NCBI GenBank assembly: GCA_025055035.1
Contig: JANWZB010000003.1
Coordinates: 641-64,640, forward strand
Reading direction: 5' to 3'
From: Candidatus Kapaibacterium sp.
GTDB lineage: Bacteria; Bacteroidota; Ignavibacteria; Kapaibacteriales; UBA4661
Length of the DNA stretch: 64,000 nt
Shown in pieces: positions 38,950-50,393 of this stretch. The first letter of the stretch is position 1, and each line of letters starts with the position of its first letter. The position numbers and the translations under genes are program-made. Under the pieces are notes generated by a model. The model saw nothing but the letters and a program-made list of their open reading frames with translations. It did no database searches and had not been told where the DNA came from.

Positions 38950-39549
38950 TCATAGTTCCAAAAAATTTTTCAGAACTTGCATCCCTACTTCGCCACTTTT
39001 TTCAGGATGGAATTGCACAGCATAGAAGTTGTTGCTGTGCAATGCACTACTAAACGTTCGGGTGTAGGTCGTTGTTGCTATCGTTTCTGGAACGGGCTCT
39101 ACAGCATAGCTATGAACATAGTACGCATAAAACTCACTAGGCAGATGTGCAAACAAGGGATGTGGGCGCGTCTGCACTATGTTCCAGCCTATATGAGGAA
39201 CCTTCAAGCGCTTTTGTCCTTCGATTACAGGCACTAATCGCTGAACCCTTGCATCAAATACTCCCATACACTCTGTATGCTGCTCTTCGGAATACGCACA
39301 CAACAACTGCATGCCGATGCAAATACCAAGAACAGGCTGTTGTAAGGAGGTAATGACCGTATCCAAGCCTCGCTCGCGTAGATACGTCATTGCAGAGCGT
39401 GCTTCACCTACACCTGGAAAGATCACCTTGTCTGCGCTACGCAGAACACGCGCATCGTCTGAAATGCAAGGATGAATGCCTAGACGCTGGAGTGCGAAGA
39501 GCAACGATTGGATATTACCGGCATTATACTGAACAACAGCAATAGTCAT
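38950..39549 (-). CDS. hisH: imidazole glycerol phosphate synthase glutaminase subunit
   Basis: Class I GATase with GICIGMQLL catalytic Cys, a His/Glu C-terminus, and 199 aa. Confidence 0.75.
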   Translation of the reverse strand: MTIAVVQYNAGNIQSLLFALQRLGIHPCISDDARVLRSADKVIFPGVGEARSAMTYLRERGLDTVITSLQQPVLGICIGMQLLCAYSEEQHTECMGVFDARVQRLVPVIEGQKRLKVPHIGWNIVQTRPHPLFAHLPSEFYAYYVHSYAVEPVPETIATTTYTRTFSSALHSNNFYAVQFHPEKSGEVGMQVLKNFLEL

Positions 39550-39566
39550 AGTCTTGCAGGCGACAC

Positions 39567-40340
39567 CTAGTAGCGGAAGTGCTTGATGCGCTCTCCTTTT
39601 TCACCGATTTCTGTCATTGCTTCGATACCTATTTGCAGATGTAAATCCACAAACTGCTCGGTAACTTTCTTATCCGATTCCTCTGTTTTTATACCTTCGG
39701 GCACCATTGGCATGTCCGACACCAGAAGCAACGCTCCGCGCGCAATCTCGTTTGCATGCCCTACAATAAACACTGTAGCAGTTTCCATATCAATCCCGAT
39801 AGCAGACAAGCGGCGTAGGCGTTCTTTAAATTCCTCGTCCCACTCCCACACACGGCGGTTTGTTGTGTACACAACTCCAGTGCGATATTCCTGGCCGTGC
39901 AGTACAATTTTATCCGATACAAATTTGTGCAGCTTAAACGACGGTAATGCTGGAACTTCTGGTGGAAGATAATCCATACTTGTTCCTTCACCACGAATAG
40001 CCGCTATAGGCAGAATAAAATGCCCAATTTCTGTCGAATCCTTAAGTCCACCACACTTACCAAGGAATAGAACACCCTTTGGCTGACGCGCAACCAACAA
40101 ATCCATGATTGTTGCAGCATTTGCAGAGCCAATGCCAAAATTGATAATAGAAAGCCCTGCGGAATTTGTTGCTGTTTGCATCGGTCGTCCGATGCCTTTA
40201 ATATCGCATCCAAATCTGTTTGCAAAGCGCACTACGTAATCATGAAAATTTGTGAGAAGAATATAATCGCCATATTCGTCAATCCTTGCTCCTGTATAGC
40301 GCGGAAGCCAATTTCGCGCAATTTCTAACTTTGTCTTCAT
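39567..40340 (-). CDS. PNP/UDP-type nucleoside phosphorylase family protein (short AMP-nucleosidase-like)
   Basis: Phosphorylase family 1 motifs (GIGSANAA, GKCGGL). Confidence 0.5.
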   Translation of the reverse strand: MKTKLEIARNWLPRYTGARIDEYGDYILLTNFHDYVVRFANRFGCDIKGIGRPMQTATNSAGLSIINFGIGSANAATIMDLLVARQPKGVLFLGKCGGLKDSTEIGHFILPIAAIRGEGTSMDYLPPEVPALPSFKLHKFVSDKIVLHGQEYRTGVVYTTNRRVWEWDEEFKERLRRLSAIGIDMETATVFIVGHANEIARGALLLVSDMPMVPEGIKTEESDKKVTEQFVDLHLQIGIEAMTEIGEKGERIKHFRY

Positions 40341-40555
40341 ACAGCTATTAAATACAGTTGGTGACCTGTGCAGGAGAGGTTTGTGATTAGTGCATTATAC
40401 AGCATGTATGCGGGCGAAAATAGTGCTTTTTGAGCAGACCACAATGCTAAAAGTTGCTCTTCTATGTATGGAGGCGGTACATTTCCCGTAAAAAAGCATT
40501 ATATTATCGCATTGCGCTGTTTGTAGCAGTCAAAGGTAATCTCAAACTAAACACG

Positions 40556-41482
40556 ATGAAAGTAGTCCTTACTGGAGGAACAGGATTTATTGGCGATCAT
40601 GTGTCCCAACATCTTGCGCATCAAGAGTATGAAATTGTTGCTCTAACACGCCGAGCAGGCCAAAGCAGTCCACACGGCTTGTCTTTACGCTTTGTGCAGT
40701 GGGACGCTGAATCACTGGGCTCATGGGCACAGGAACTTGATGGCGCTGACGCCATTATTCATCTTGCAGGCGAAGGAATTTTCGACTCACGATGGACACA
40801 CGACGTGAAACATCGCATTTCCCAAAGCCGCATTAGAACAACACAACTTCTTGTGCAAGCTATTGCCCAAGCAAAGCGCCCTCCAGCATTGTTTATCTCT
40901 GCATCTGCTGTTGGATACTATGGGCATAGAAACGATGAACTTACCGATGAATCTTCTCCTGCAGGTACAGACTTCCTCGCCGATGTATGTGTGCGGTGGG
41001 AAGCTGAGGCTGCACATGCTCGACAGTACGGCGTTCGCGTTGTTCATCCTCGTCTTGGTGTTGTACTTGGTAAAAACGGTGGTGCATTAGCACGCCTCAT
41101 TCCCCTTGTTCAAGGATTTCTTGGTACGCCTCTCGGTTCAGGAAAACAGTGGTTTCCGTGGATTCACATACACGACGCTGTACGAGGCATCGTATACCCA
41201 CTGGAAGACGCTCATATTGAAGGCGCATACAATCTTGCTTCTCCCAATCCAGTACGTATGGATGACCTGTACCTTAGCCTTGGAAAGGTACTCCATCGTC
41301 CTGTTTGGACGGGATTGCATGTACCAGAATTTGCCCTACGCTTTGTGCTTGGCGAGGCTGCTGATTCCTTGCTTCATGGGCAACGCATTGTTCCTCGTGT
41401 TCTACTCGAAGCGCATTTTTCGTTCCATTATCCAGAGCTTGATCATGCTTTGGAGCAGATCATCCATACAACCAACACATAA
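40556..41482 (+). CDS. TIGR01777/SDR39U1 epimerase-family protein (YfcH-like, DUF1731 C-terminus)
   Basis: VLTGGTGFIG N-terminus and a conserved C-terminal region. Start at MKVVLTGG. Confidence 0.6.
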   Translation: MKVVLTGGTGFIGDHVSQHLAHQEYEIVALTRRAGQSSPHGLSLRFVQWDAESLGSWAQELDGADAIIHLAGEGIFDSRWTHDVKHRISQSRIRTTQLLVQAIAQAKRPPALFISASAVGYYGHRNDELTDESSPAGTDFLADVCVRWEAEAAHARQYGVRVVHPRLGVVLGKNGGALARLIPLVQGFLGTPLGSGKQWFPWIHIHDAVRGIVYPLEDAHIEGAYNLASPNPVRMDDLYLSLGKVLHRPVWTGLHVPEFALRFVLGEAADSLLHGQRIVPRVLLEAHFSFHYPELDHALEQIIHTTNT

Positions 41483-41493
41483 AGCTTGAACAT

Positions 41494-42609
41494 ATGGACA
41501 TCACAGAAAAAAAACTGCGAATTGACAATACCGATACTCTTATACTCTTTGGCTACAACGATAGCAACCTTCGCTTACTGGAAAATCACTTCGATGCAAC
41601 AATCATCGCGCGGGGAAATACTCTCATTCTTAAAGGTGATATCACAGAAATACGCAGCATTGAGAAGGTGCTCAATGAATTGCAGTTTATTATTCGCAGA
41701 ACAGGTACACTGACTGCAAACGACGTCTTTACAGTTATGGACTTAGTAAGTCCTAAAACGCCACTTGCAAGAGACGCTGCACGAGAAGCTGATACATCGC
41801 CTACCAACTCTTTAGCACAGCAGGCATCGTATATCCGAAACCCTGAGGAACGCATTATTTTTCTGGCGCAGGGAGAGAGTATCAAAGCCCGCACCCCTAC
41901 GCAGCAACTCTATTTTGAAAAGGTTCGCACAAACGATATCGTGTTCGGGATCGGACCAGCAGGAACAGGCAAAACATACCTAGCTGTTGCAATGGCACTT
42001 GCTCTCCTGCGCAACCGCGAAGTAAGCCGCGTTATCCTATCTCGTCCAGCGGTTGATGCTGGAGAATCTCTGGGATTTTTACCCGGGGACTATATGGAGA
42101 AAGTCGACCCGTATCTACGCCCACTGACCGACGCTTTGGCAGAAATGCTGACCCCCGATAAGCTCAAAAGTATGATGGAAAAGCGTATCGTCGAAATAAC
42201 TCCGCTTGCATACATGCGCGGAAGGACATTCAACAATTCTGTGATTATTCTCGACGAAGCACAAAACGCTACTGTTACACAAATGAAGATGTTTCTCACG
42301 CGCATGGGTCGCAACTCTAAGCTCATTATCACTGGTGATGTGACACAAATAGACCTTCCGCGACGCTCAGATTCAGGCTTAGTACAAATTCAGGAAATTC
42401 TACAGGGCATTCCGGGTATTGCATTTGTATACTTCGATAAAGGTGATGTTGTACGGCATCGCCTTGTTGCAGACATCATTGATGCATACGAGCGCTACTA
42501 TCGCAAGCACGATACTCAGCAAGAGCAGCTGTTCCCTCATCATCAATCTCATACTGCTGAAGCTCTTGCATCTGCTGTTGGTTCGTCGAACGTAAGCGTT
42601 TCGAGCTAA
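41494..42609 (+). CDS. PhoH-family ATPase with N-terminal KH-like domain
   Basis: GPAGTGKTYLAVA Walker A and a PhoH C-terminal domain, 371 aa. Confidence 0.8.
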   Translation: MDITEKKLRIDNTDTLILFGYNDSNLRLLENHFDATIIARGNTLILKGDITEIRSIEKVLNELQFIIRRTGTLTANDVFTVMDLVSPKTPLARDAAREADTSPTNSLAQQASYIRNPEERIIFLAQGESIKARTPTQQLYFEKVRTNDIVFGIGPAGTGKTYLAVAMALALLRNREVSRVILSRPAVDAGESLGFLPGDYMEKVDPYLRPLTDALAEMLTPDKLKSMMEKRIVEITPLAYMRGRTFNNSVIILDEAQNATVTQMKMFLTRMGRNSKLIITGDVTQIDLPRRSDSGLVQIQEILQGIPGIAFVYFDKGDVVRHRLVADIIDAYERYYRKHDTQQEQLFPHHQSHTAEALASAVGSSNVSVSS

Positions 42610-42690
42610 CATGTCGCACACAGCCTTGTATAGTGCGGTCATCATTGCAGTAGAGGCGCTCTTTGTGTAATTTTGAAGCTCTAAGACCAT

Positions 42691-45567
42691 GTGCTTGTCA
42701 TACATCCACTGTGTGCTCCTGTGAATAAACAACCATTAGACTATTCAAGCCACAGTTTATTATTCAAAACGGCGCTCACACCTTCACCTGGACGCTTCAT
42801 TGCTATACGCGGTGCACGCCAGCATAATCTCAAGAACATCTCCCTAGACCTACCGCGCAACAAGCTGATTGTGATTACGGGCGTTAGTGGTTCAGGGAAA
42901 TCATCTCTTGCATTCGATACAATTTATGCAGAAGGCCAGCGGCGCTTTGTCGAATCGCTCTCAGCGTACGCGCGACAGTTTCTTGAGCGCATGAACAAAC
43001 CGGATGTAGATCTCATCACAGGAATTCCTCCAGCAATTGCTCTTCAGCAAAAAACTATTGCCCGAAATCCTCGCTCCACAGTTGCTACAATAACGGAAAT
43101 CTACGACTACATACGGCTTCTGTGGGGACGCATTGGCGAGACAATTTGCTATGCATCGGGTAAGGTTGTTCGCAAAGATACCCCACAGTCGGCTTTACAA
43201 GACATTTGTGCGAGTACCCAGCCCGGAGACCGTCTCTATGTCTTGTTTCCCCTACAACACACTCATACTTCCCTACATGAGAGCCTAGAGCAGGTGAAAC
43301 AGCGGGGATTTTTTAGAATTGTTGTAGGTGATGCGACTACTATTCTTGATCTCACAACCGATACTCCACTCGATATAGCTTCGCACGACAGTATCTTCGT
43401 CCTTGTTGACAGAATCGTCTTTCGCGCCGAAGCAGATACACAGACACGTCTTTTAGACTCACTTGAGCAGGCATTTTTTCACGGCAACGGTCGCTGCTAT
43501 GTGCGTAATTTGAGTGCCCACGCAGAACTACGTTTTAGCTCACTGTATGAATGTCCTACAAGCGGTATTGCCTACGATGAACCACATCCACGCTTGTTCT
43601 CGTTCAATAATCCTCTTGGCGCCTGCCCTACGTGCGAAGGTTTTGGGCGAACAATTGGTATTGATGAAGACCTTGTCGTACCTGATAAATATAAATCCCT
43701 TGCACAAGGCGCAATTGCTCCATTTCAAACACCAGCATATAGCTCATATCAAGAATCTCTACTTCGCGAAAGCAGAGAACGTGGCATCGACGTTGATAGT
43801 CCTATTGTAGCGTTGCAGCATGATGCATGGGATTTTGTTTGGAATGGCGGCGGAACATATCCGGGAGTTCGAGGATTCTTCTCGATGCTAGAGGAAAACT
43901 ACCACAAAGTGCACTACCGCGTACTGATGAGTCGCTATCGAGGATACACGCGTTGCCCAGATTGTGGTGGTTCACGCCTTAAGCTCTCTGCTCGGCAAGT
44001 TTTTGTTGGTGGCAAAAACATTCCCACTGTTATACAAATGACGCTCCAAGAAGCGCTAGAATTTTTCGCCACGATACCTATATGCGAATCCCAACGCACC
44101 GTCGCAGAGCGCATCATACAAGAAATCACTGTGCGCTTGGAACTATTAAATCACATGGGCTTAGGCTACCTTACACTCGACCGCCTAGCACATACATTGT
44201 CGGGTGGCGAAGTTCAACGCATCAATCTCGCAACCTCAATTGGCTCGTCGCTTGTTGGTGCACTCTACGTCCTAGATGAGCCAAGCATTGGCCTGCACCC
44301 ACGCGATACAGACCGCATGATAGCAGTATTGGAACGACTGCGTAATCTTGGAAACACGGTGCTTGTCGTTGAACATGACCAAGATATTATGCGCCGCGCC
44401 GATATGCTTGTGGATATGGGACCGCGTGCTGGCGAGCACGGTGGAGCGGTTGTGTTTCAGGGTTCACCGCATGATATTCTTCACCATCCCAACTCTCTAA
44501 CTGGACAGTACTTGTCAGGAGCTATGCATATTCCTGTGCCCCGCCACCGAAATACAGGTCATGGCACAGCACTTCTTATTAAAGGAGCACGAGAACACAA
44601 CCTGAAAAACATTGATGTACGGATTCCGCTCGGCATGATGGTTGCAGTTACTGGTGTGAGTGGTTCAGGGAAATCAACCCTTGTGCATGATGTTCTATAC
44701 AATGGATTGCTGCAGAAGCTTGGCGCACCAGTACAGAGTGTCGGCAAGCACGACGACATTGTTGGTGTGGAGCATCTTCAGCACGTTGAAATGGTTGACC
44801 AATCTCCAATTGGTAAATCACCACGCTCGACACCGGCTACATACACCAAAGCATTTGATGCTATTCGTGAGTTATATGCCTCTACCCAAGCCGCAAAGCA
44901 GCTCGGATGGAAGCCTGGAGCATTCTCGTTCAACATTCCGGGCGGACGCTGTGAGACGTGTCAGGGCGAAGGTATGGTGAAAATCGAAATGCAGTTCTTG
45001 GCAGACCTGTACCTCGAATGCGAGGAATGTCGCGGAACGCGCTATAAGAAAGAAGTGCATCATATTCAGTGGCATGGGAAATCTATCGTTGACGTGCTGA
45101 GCATGACTATTGACGAAGCAGCAGAATTTTTTGCAGGAGAAGAGCGCATTACCGCACGCCTCTCTGCACTGCAAAAGGTTGGCTTAGGATACATGCGTAT
45201 GGGTCAGCCTGCAACTATGCTTTCGGGTGGCGAAGCACAGCGTATTAAGCTTGCTGCACACCTCTATGACAAAGGCACTGCATCGACCTTGTTTATCTTC
45301 GATGAACCAACTACAGGACTACACTTCGATGACATCGCCAAGCTCATCGTATGCTTCCAGGAGCTTGTTGCACGTGGACACTCCCTTGTAATCGTTGAGC
45401 ACAATACTGATGTTATGAAATGTGCTGATTGGATTATTGACCTCGGACCTGAGGCAGGAGACAACGGTGGCAGAATCGTCGCCGAAGGCACTCCAGAGAG
45501 TGTTGCTTCTGTTCAAGCATCTCACACAGGACGATTTTTGCAGAAAATTTTGTTGCAACGATCGTAG
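42691..45567 (+). CDS. uvrA: excinuclease ABC subunit A
   Basis: Two ABC modules ([14 protein letters not shown] and [11 protein letters not shown]), zinc-finger Cys pairs, 958 aa. Confidence 0.9.
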   Translation: MLVIHPLCAPVNKQPLDYSSHSLLFKTALTPSPGRFIAIRGARQHNLKNISLDLPRNKLIVITGVSGSGKSSLAFDTIYAEGQRRFVESLSAYARQFLERMNKPDVDLITGIPPAIALQQKTIARNPRSTVATITEIYDYIRLLWGRIGETICYASGKVVRKDTPQSALQDICASTQPGDRLYVLFPLQHTHTSLHESLEQVKQRGFFRIVVGDATTILDLTTDTPLDIASHDSIFVLVDRIVFRAEADTQTRLLDSLEQAFFHGNGRCYVRNLSAHAELRFSSLYECPTSGIAYDEPHPRLFSFNNPLGACPTCEGFGRTIGIDEDLVVPDKYKSLAQGAIAPFQTPAYSSYQESLLRESRERGIDVDSPIVALQHDAWDFVWNGGGTYPGVRGFFSMLEENYHKVHYRVLMSRYRGYTRCPDCGGSRLKLSARQVFVGGKNIPTVIQMTLQEALEFFATIPICESQRTVAERIIQEITVRLELLNHMGLGYLTLDRLAHTLSGGEVQRINLATSIGSSLVGALYVLDEPSIGLHPRDTDRMIAVLERLRNLGNTVLVVEHDQDIMRRADMLVDMGPRAGEHGGAVVFQGSPHDILHHPNSLTGQYLSGAMHIPVPRHRNTGHGTALLIKGAREHNLKNIDVRIPLGMMVAVTGVSGSGKSTLVHDVLYNGLLQKLGAPVQSVGKHDDIVGVEHLQHVEMVDQSPIGKSPRSTPATYTKAFDAIRELYASTQAAKQLGWKPGAFSFNIPGGRCETCQGEGMVKIEMQFLADLYLECEECRGTRYKKEVHHIQWHGKSIVDVLSMTIDEAAEFFAGEERITARLSALQKVGLGYMRMGQPATMLSGGEAQRIKLAAHLYDKGTASTLFIFDEPTTGLHFDDIAKLIVCFQELVARGHSLVIVEHNTDVMKCADWIIDLGPEAGDNGGRIVAEGTPESVASVQASHTGRFLQKILLQRS

Positions 45568-45633
45568 GCAGTATATACTTCTCTATCTCCAACATTCCGT
45601 ATTTACTTTTTGACAACCCTTACATCTGTCGCT

Positions 45634-48246
45634 ATGTATCCTTCACACGATTGTGTCTCTACTACACGTTGCATTACTGTATGGCTAGCATTGGTATTTA
45701 TGTGGTTTTTCCCTGTAGCTGTTATCTATGCTCAACCACTAGAACCAATGCATGCAGCCAAAATTCACCATGCACTCCGCAAGTTGAATACGTTAGGAAG
45801 TGTGCTGTATATTGCAGCACATCCAGATGACGAGAATACAGCGTTTATAGCCTACTGCTCAACAGAACGCATGCTCCGCACGACGTACCTGTCGCTTACA
45901 CGCGGCGATGGCGGTCAGAATATTATTGGTAGTGAGCAATCTGAGCTTCTTGGGATTATTCGCACGCAAGAGCTATTAGCAGCACGCCGTATAGATGGTG
46001 GAGAACAGATGTTTACTCGTGCTATAGACTTTGGCTATTCCAAAACTCCAGAGGAAACACTAAGCATCTGGGGCAAAGAGCGAATACTCGCTGATGTGGT
46101 ATGGGCTATCCGCAAAACGCGACCTGACGTCGTTGTTACCCGATTTCCCGCAACGGGTGAAGGCGGACACGGGCATCACACAGCTTCCGCGCTGTTAGCG
46201 ATGGAAGCATACAACGCTGCTGCTGACCCTAGCCGCTTTCCTGAACAGCTTCAGTACGTCAAAGTCTGGAAGCCTAAACGCCTATTGTGGAATGCATGGC
46301 TTCCTATCCTTGAGTCTCGCAAAGCGCATTTGCCGAGCTACTTCCCACTGAATCTCAACGTCTATAATCCTTTGCTTGGCAAATCTGCTACAGAACTTGC
46401 TGCAGAGAGTCGCTCTATGCACAAAAGTCAGGGCTTTGGTTCTAGCCCACTGCGAGGAGAAGCTATCAATTACTTCGAGCACCTTGCTGGCGACTCAGCA
46501 ATAGGAGATATTTTCTCGGGTATTGATATATCGTGGAATCGCATCAAAGGTGGAGCAGAGATTAGAACACTTATTGAGCAAGCACAGCGAGAATTTCGTC
46601 CAGAACAACCATCACATATTCTCTCTCTGCTTGGGAGAATATACCAAGCCATGAATGCCCTGCAAAAATCCACTGGTGAATCTTTCTGGATTCCACAAAA
46701 GCGCAGAGAGCTGCTCGACATTATCCGCTCATGCAGTGGTATGTGGATAGAAGCTATTGCGCATAACCAACCACAGCAGGGAGAAACAGGATTTTCTGGT
46801 GTTCCGGGTGGAGTAGTACGTATCTCTGCCTCGATTGTTAATCGCTCCCCAGCAAAGCTCATTCTTAGGCGCGTCCTCTTCCCGTTTGCAGGCGATTCGC
46901 TTGTAAACAAACAATTGCTGCAAGACACTTACCAGACAATTACCGTAACAAAGACTATCCCTGCCTCTACACCGATTTCTCAGCCATACTGGCTACGCCT
47001 GCCGCCAAGTAATGGTGCATATACTATTGAACATCAAACTCTTATTGGTCAAGCAGAAAACTCCCCTACCCTCGAAGTGTCGTTTGTTGTTGTTATCGAC
47101 GATGAAGAACTGCAATTCACCGTTCCTGTGCTGCATCGTCGAACAGACCGTGTGATGGGCGAAGTGTACCGCCCTTTTATTATTGTTCCTCCCGTTGCAC
47201 TACATATGCCACAGCGCTCGTGGATTTTTCCTGATACCTCAGCAAGGGAAGTACGAGTCATTATACAAGCTAATGCTCCAGCATTGACGGGAGTAGTACG
47301 GCTGCGCTTGCCCTCAGGCTGGACTGCCTCGCCGAATCAGCTATCATTTAGCTTGGCAAATAAAGGCGATGAAATGCAGGCTTCTTTTCGTGTCAATCCG
47401 CCTCCAATGCCAATACCAACGTACTCCAGTGAAACCTTGTTAGCAGAAGCTGTGATTGGCACAAAAGCAAGTATCACGACTCATCACGACATGATTACTA
47501 TTGCGTACCCCCATATTCCCACTCAAGTAGTTTTCCCGGAAGCTAGGGCGCGTCTTACACGCATCGATCTACGTGCAACAGTGAAGTCTATTGGCTACAT
47601 TGACGGGGCGAGCGATAATATCGCAGAATACCTGAAACAATGTGGCTTTCATGTTACACTGCTTTCCGATGATGAGATTGAAACTGGCGATCTCTCTCGA
47701 TATGATGCCATCGTTGCAGGGGTACGTGTGTACAACGACAACGCACGACCACGCCTACGTCAACAATATCAGCGCCTTATGGACTATATTGCCAATGGCG
47801 GCACGATGATAGTCCAGTACCAACTTGCAAGCGGTCTTATAACTGACAAAATTGGTCCTTACCCTTTCACCATTTCTCGCGAACGTGTTACCCAAGAAGA
47901 TGCTCCGGTGCACATTCTCAAACCTGAGCATCCCGTGCTCACCACACCGAATCTCATTACCCAAGAAGACTTTCAAGGCTGGGTACAGGAACGGGGCTTA
48001 TACTTTGCAAGCACATGGGATAACCGCTATGAACCGCTCCTCGCGTGCAATGATGCAGGCGAACCTGAAAGAAAAGGAGGGATTCTGTTTGCACGGTATG
48101 GGAAAGGTGTCTTCATATACACTGGATATGCATGGTTTCGTCAGCTTCCTTCAGGCGTGCCGGGTGCATATCGTCTGTTCACAAATTTACTGCATGCAGC
48201 TCACACACTTCGTACCACCACGTCTCCAACGGAGAGTAATAAGTAG
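45634..48246 (+). CDS. PIG-L/LmbE-family deacetylase fused to a large C-terminal region including a ThuA/class-I GATase-like domain
   Basis: AHPDDEN and HxxH LmbE motifs at the N-terminus. The C-terminal ~250 aa resembles the ThuA-like fold. Signal/TM segment at the start. Confidence 0.55.
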   Translation: MYPSHDCVSTTRCITVWLALVFMWFFPVAVIYAQPLEPMHAAKIHHALRKLNTLGSVLYIAAHPDDENTAFIAYCSTERMLRTTYLSLTRGDGGQNIIGSEQSELLGIIRTQELLAARRIDGGEQMFTRAIDFGYSKTPEETLSIWGKERILADVVWAIRKTRPDVVVTRFPATGEGGHGHHTASALLAMEAYNAAADPSRFPEQLQYVKVWKPKRLLWNAWLPILESRKAHLPSYFPLNLNVYNPLLGKSATELAAESRSMHKSQGFGSSPLRGEAINYFEHLAGDSAIGDIFSGIDISWNRIKGGAEIRTLIEQAQREFRPEQPSHILSLLGRIYQAMNALQKSTGESFWIPQKRRELLDIIRSCSGMWIEAIAHNQPQQGETGFSGVPGGVVRISASIVNRSPAKLILRRVLFPFAGDSLVNKQLLQDTYQTITVTKTIPASTPISQPYWLRLPPSNGAYTIEHQTLIGQAENSPTLEVSFVVVIDDEELQFTVPVLHRRTDRVMGEVYRPFIIVPPVALHMPQRSWIFPDTSAREVRVIIQANAPALTGVVRLRLPSGWTASPNQLSFSLANKGDEMQASFRVNPPPMPIPTYSSETLLAEAVIGTKASITTHHDMITIAYPHIPTQVVFPEARARLTRIDLRATVKSIGYIDGASDNIAEYLKQCGFHVTLLSDDEIETGDLSRYDAIVAGVRVYNDNARPRLRQQYQRLMDYIANGGTMIVQYQLASGLITDKIGPYPFTISRERVTQEDAPVHILKPEHPVLTTPNLITQEDFQGWVQERGLYFASTWDNRYEPLLACNDAGEPERKGGILFARYGKGVFIYTGYAWFRQLPSGVPGAYRLFTNLLHAAHTLRTTTSPTESNK

Positions 48247-48323
48247 ATGCGCAGCATACCTTCGTACTAATATCTGAGTATCCCTGCTTGCTGCAGTTTT
48301 TACTCACACATACTCGTTTGGCA

Positions 48324-49784
48324 ATGAGCACAGTTCCTTCAAGCAATGCCGCTCCATTTACCTACAATGACCTTGTAAACATATTCGGTGCATCTGCATG
48401 TGCATCTTTGAGCAGAGAATTTCAGTGTGTAGGAATCTCGACTGACACACGTACTCTCGAGCCAGGCAATCTGTTTGTTGCGCTCCAAGGACAGCGCTTC
48501 GATGGTCATACACACGTTCAGGAAGCCTTGCAAAAAGGGGCAGCAGGGGCAATTATCGAAAACCATGCGTGGACAGGAATCATGGATTCTTCCGCACCCT
48601 TGATTCTTGTTCCTAGTACTCTTCAGGCATTGGGAATGCTGGGGAATACCCATCGCCGACGTTTTTCCTTGCCCGTCATAGCAGTAGCTGGCTCGGCAGG
48701 CAAGACCACGACAAAAGACATTGCAGCTTGGGTTCTCAGTGCACGGCACGTTGTGCTGAAAACCGAAGAAAACTTCAATAACCGCATAGGCGTGCCGTTG
48801 ACGCTGCTGCAGCTTACCTCAGAGCATACAGCAGCTGTCATTGAAATTGGCACAAATGCAGTAGGCGAAATAGGAACACTTGCTCATATCGTCGCACCAA
48901 CACATGGCATCATTACTACTATTGGCAAAGAACATCTTGAAAACCTTCTAAGCGAAGACGGCGTAGAAGAAGAAGAAACAGCATTATTGCGATATCTCGA
49001 GCAGCATGGAGGTACAGCACTTATCAATATGAATGATGAGCGCCTGCAGCGCTACTGTAATCCTGGATGGATACAGTATGGACTTGTAGAGCAGTCTCCT
49101 ACATTCGATGTAAGTGCCTACTATACTGTACACCATACCTATTCTTTGCTGCATATTGTCTATCGCGACTCGAATACAATGTCCTGCACAGCGCGCCTGC
49201 CACATGTGGGGATTATTGGAATGCGCAACGCTCTGGCAGCAGCAGCTATTGGATTCGCGTTAGGGCTAGACAGCGAGACCATTTGCCAGCGCCTTGAAAG
49301 CTTTCAGCCCAAAACTTCACCAGAAGGATATGGGCGCATGGTTATAGAACACTGTACATTTTCAGGAAACCGTAGCATTACTCTCATCAATGACTGCTAC
49401 AATGCTAACCCAACATCCATGCATGCTGCTCTTGATACTCTACGTGATTATCATGCCGTTCGCAAGCTTGCTTTGCTGGGAGACATGCTTGAGCTAGGAA
49501 GTTCTTCAGCATACGAACATGATACTCTTCTCGAGCTGTTGAATTCCGCAGAATGGCTGTATGTCGGTATTCTGACAGGAGAAGAAATGCAAGCAGCATA
49601 CACGCGACATATGAAATACTGTACCAGTACATCAAAGCTTCTATACGCATCCTCAATACTAGAAGCTGTACAGATGCTTTCTGCGTGTCTTCATACAGGC
49701 GATGTTCTTCTCGTAAAGGGCTCACGCGCCTTGCGCTTGGAGCGCGCCATTGCTCTTCTGCGGACGCCAGCTGGTGTAACGTAG
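48324..49784 (+). CDS. murF: UDP-N-acetylmuramoyl-tripeptide--D-alanyl-D-alanine ligase
   Basis: VAGSAGKTTTKD P-loop and Mur ligase domain order. Confidence 0.8.
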   Translation: MSTVPSSNAAPFTYNDLVNIFGASACASLSREFQCVGISTDTRTLEPGNLFVALQGQRFDGHTHVQEALQKGAAGAIIENHAWTGIMDSSAPLILVPSTLQALGMLGNTHRRRFSLPVIAVAGSAGKTTTKDIAAWVLSARHVVLKTEENFNNRIGVPLTLLQLTSEHTAAVIEIGTNAVGEIGTLAHIVAPTHGIITTIGKEHLENLLSEDGVEEEETALLRYLEQHGGTALINMNDERLQRYCNPGWIQYGLVEQSPTFDVSAYYTVHHTYSLLHIVYRDSNTMSCTARLPHVGIIGMRNALAAAAIGFALGLDSETICQRLESFQPKTSPEGYGRMVIEHCTFSGNRSITLINDCYNANPTSMHAALDTLRDYHAVRKLALLGDMLELGSSSAYEHDTLLELLNSAEWLYVGILTGEEMQAAYTRHMKYCTSTSKLLYASSILEAVQMLSACLHTGDVLLVKGSRALRLERAIALLRTPAGVT

Positions 49785-49864
49785 GCTCGTAGTACTTGCA
49801 TGCAATACCTGACTTTTTAGACCATCAGCACAGCTAGCTGTTTCACCTCATTCTCTACCGTTCT

Positions 49865-50317
49865 ATGAACACAGTACTCGACATCCGTGCTATTCTTGAT
49901 GCAATGCCTCATCGCTACCCATTTTTGCTGGTTGATAGAATCACTGAAATTCACCACGAAGAGCGTCGCATCGTCGGCTATAAAAATGTTACCTTTAACG
50001 AACACTTCTTCCAAGGTCATTTTCCAGGACGACCAATTATGCCCGGAGTTCTTATCATTGAAGCTATGGCGCAAACAGGCGGATTACTGCTCATGCAATT
50101 ACCTCATGTGTCATTCGACCCTGCATCAAAGCTCGTGTTTTTTACGGGAATTACTAATGCAAAGTTTCGTAAACCTGTCGTTCCGGGTGACCAAGTGTTC
50201 TTTGATGTTACCATGCTACGCCAACGCTTGAATACCTTTCAAATGGCAGCAAAGGCATTAGTTCTTAATGAGCTTGTCGCAGAAGCAGAACTCATGGCAG
50301 CGGTTGTTGACAGATAG
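49865..50317 (+). CDS. fabZ: 3-hydroxyacyl-ACP dehydratase
   Basis: LPHRYPFLLVDRI and GHFPGRPIMPGVL hot-dog motifs, 150 aa. Confidence 0.85.
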   Translation: MNTVLDIRAILDAMPHRYPFLLVDRITEIHHEERRIVGYKNVTFNEHFFQGHFPGRPIMPGVLIIEAMAQTGGLLLMQLPHVSFDPASKLVFFTGITNAKFRKPVVPGDQVFFDVTMLRQRLNTFQMAAKALVLNELVAEAELMAAVVDR

Positions 50318-50393
50318 AGCTGTTGTATTCAAACATTTTGCTGAAAAAGCATGGCATCACATAATGACACTGCATAAGGATTAAAGTATATAT

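Noticed and set aside
49796-49818. Perfect 10-bp palindrome TTGCATGCAA followed by a T-run downstream of murF.
   Set aside because: A spacer-less palindrome cannot form a stable terminator hairpin. It is also a common restriction-site-like sequence (contains GCATGC). Not clearly functional.
50318-50393. Possible ARG-box-like sequence (ATTCAAACATTTTGCTGAA) upstream of argB.
   Set aside because: Only a partial match to the TGAAT-N8-ATTCA consensus. ArgR specificity in this lineage is unknown.
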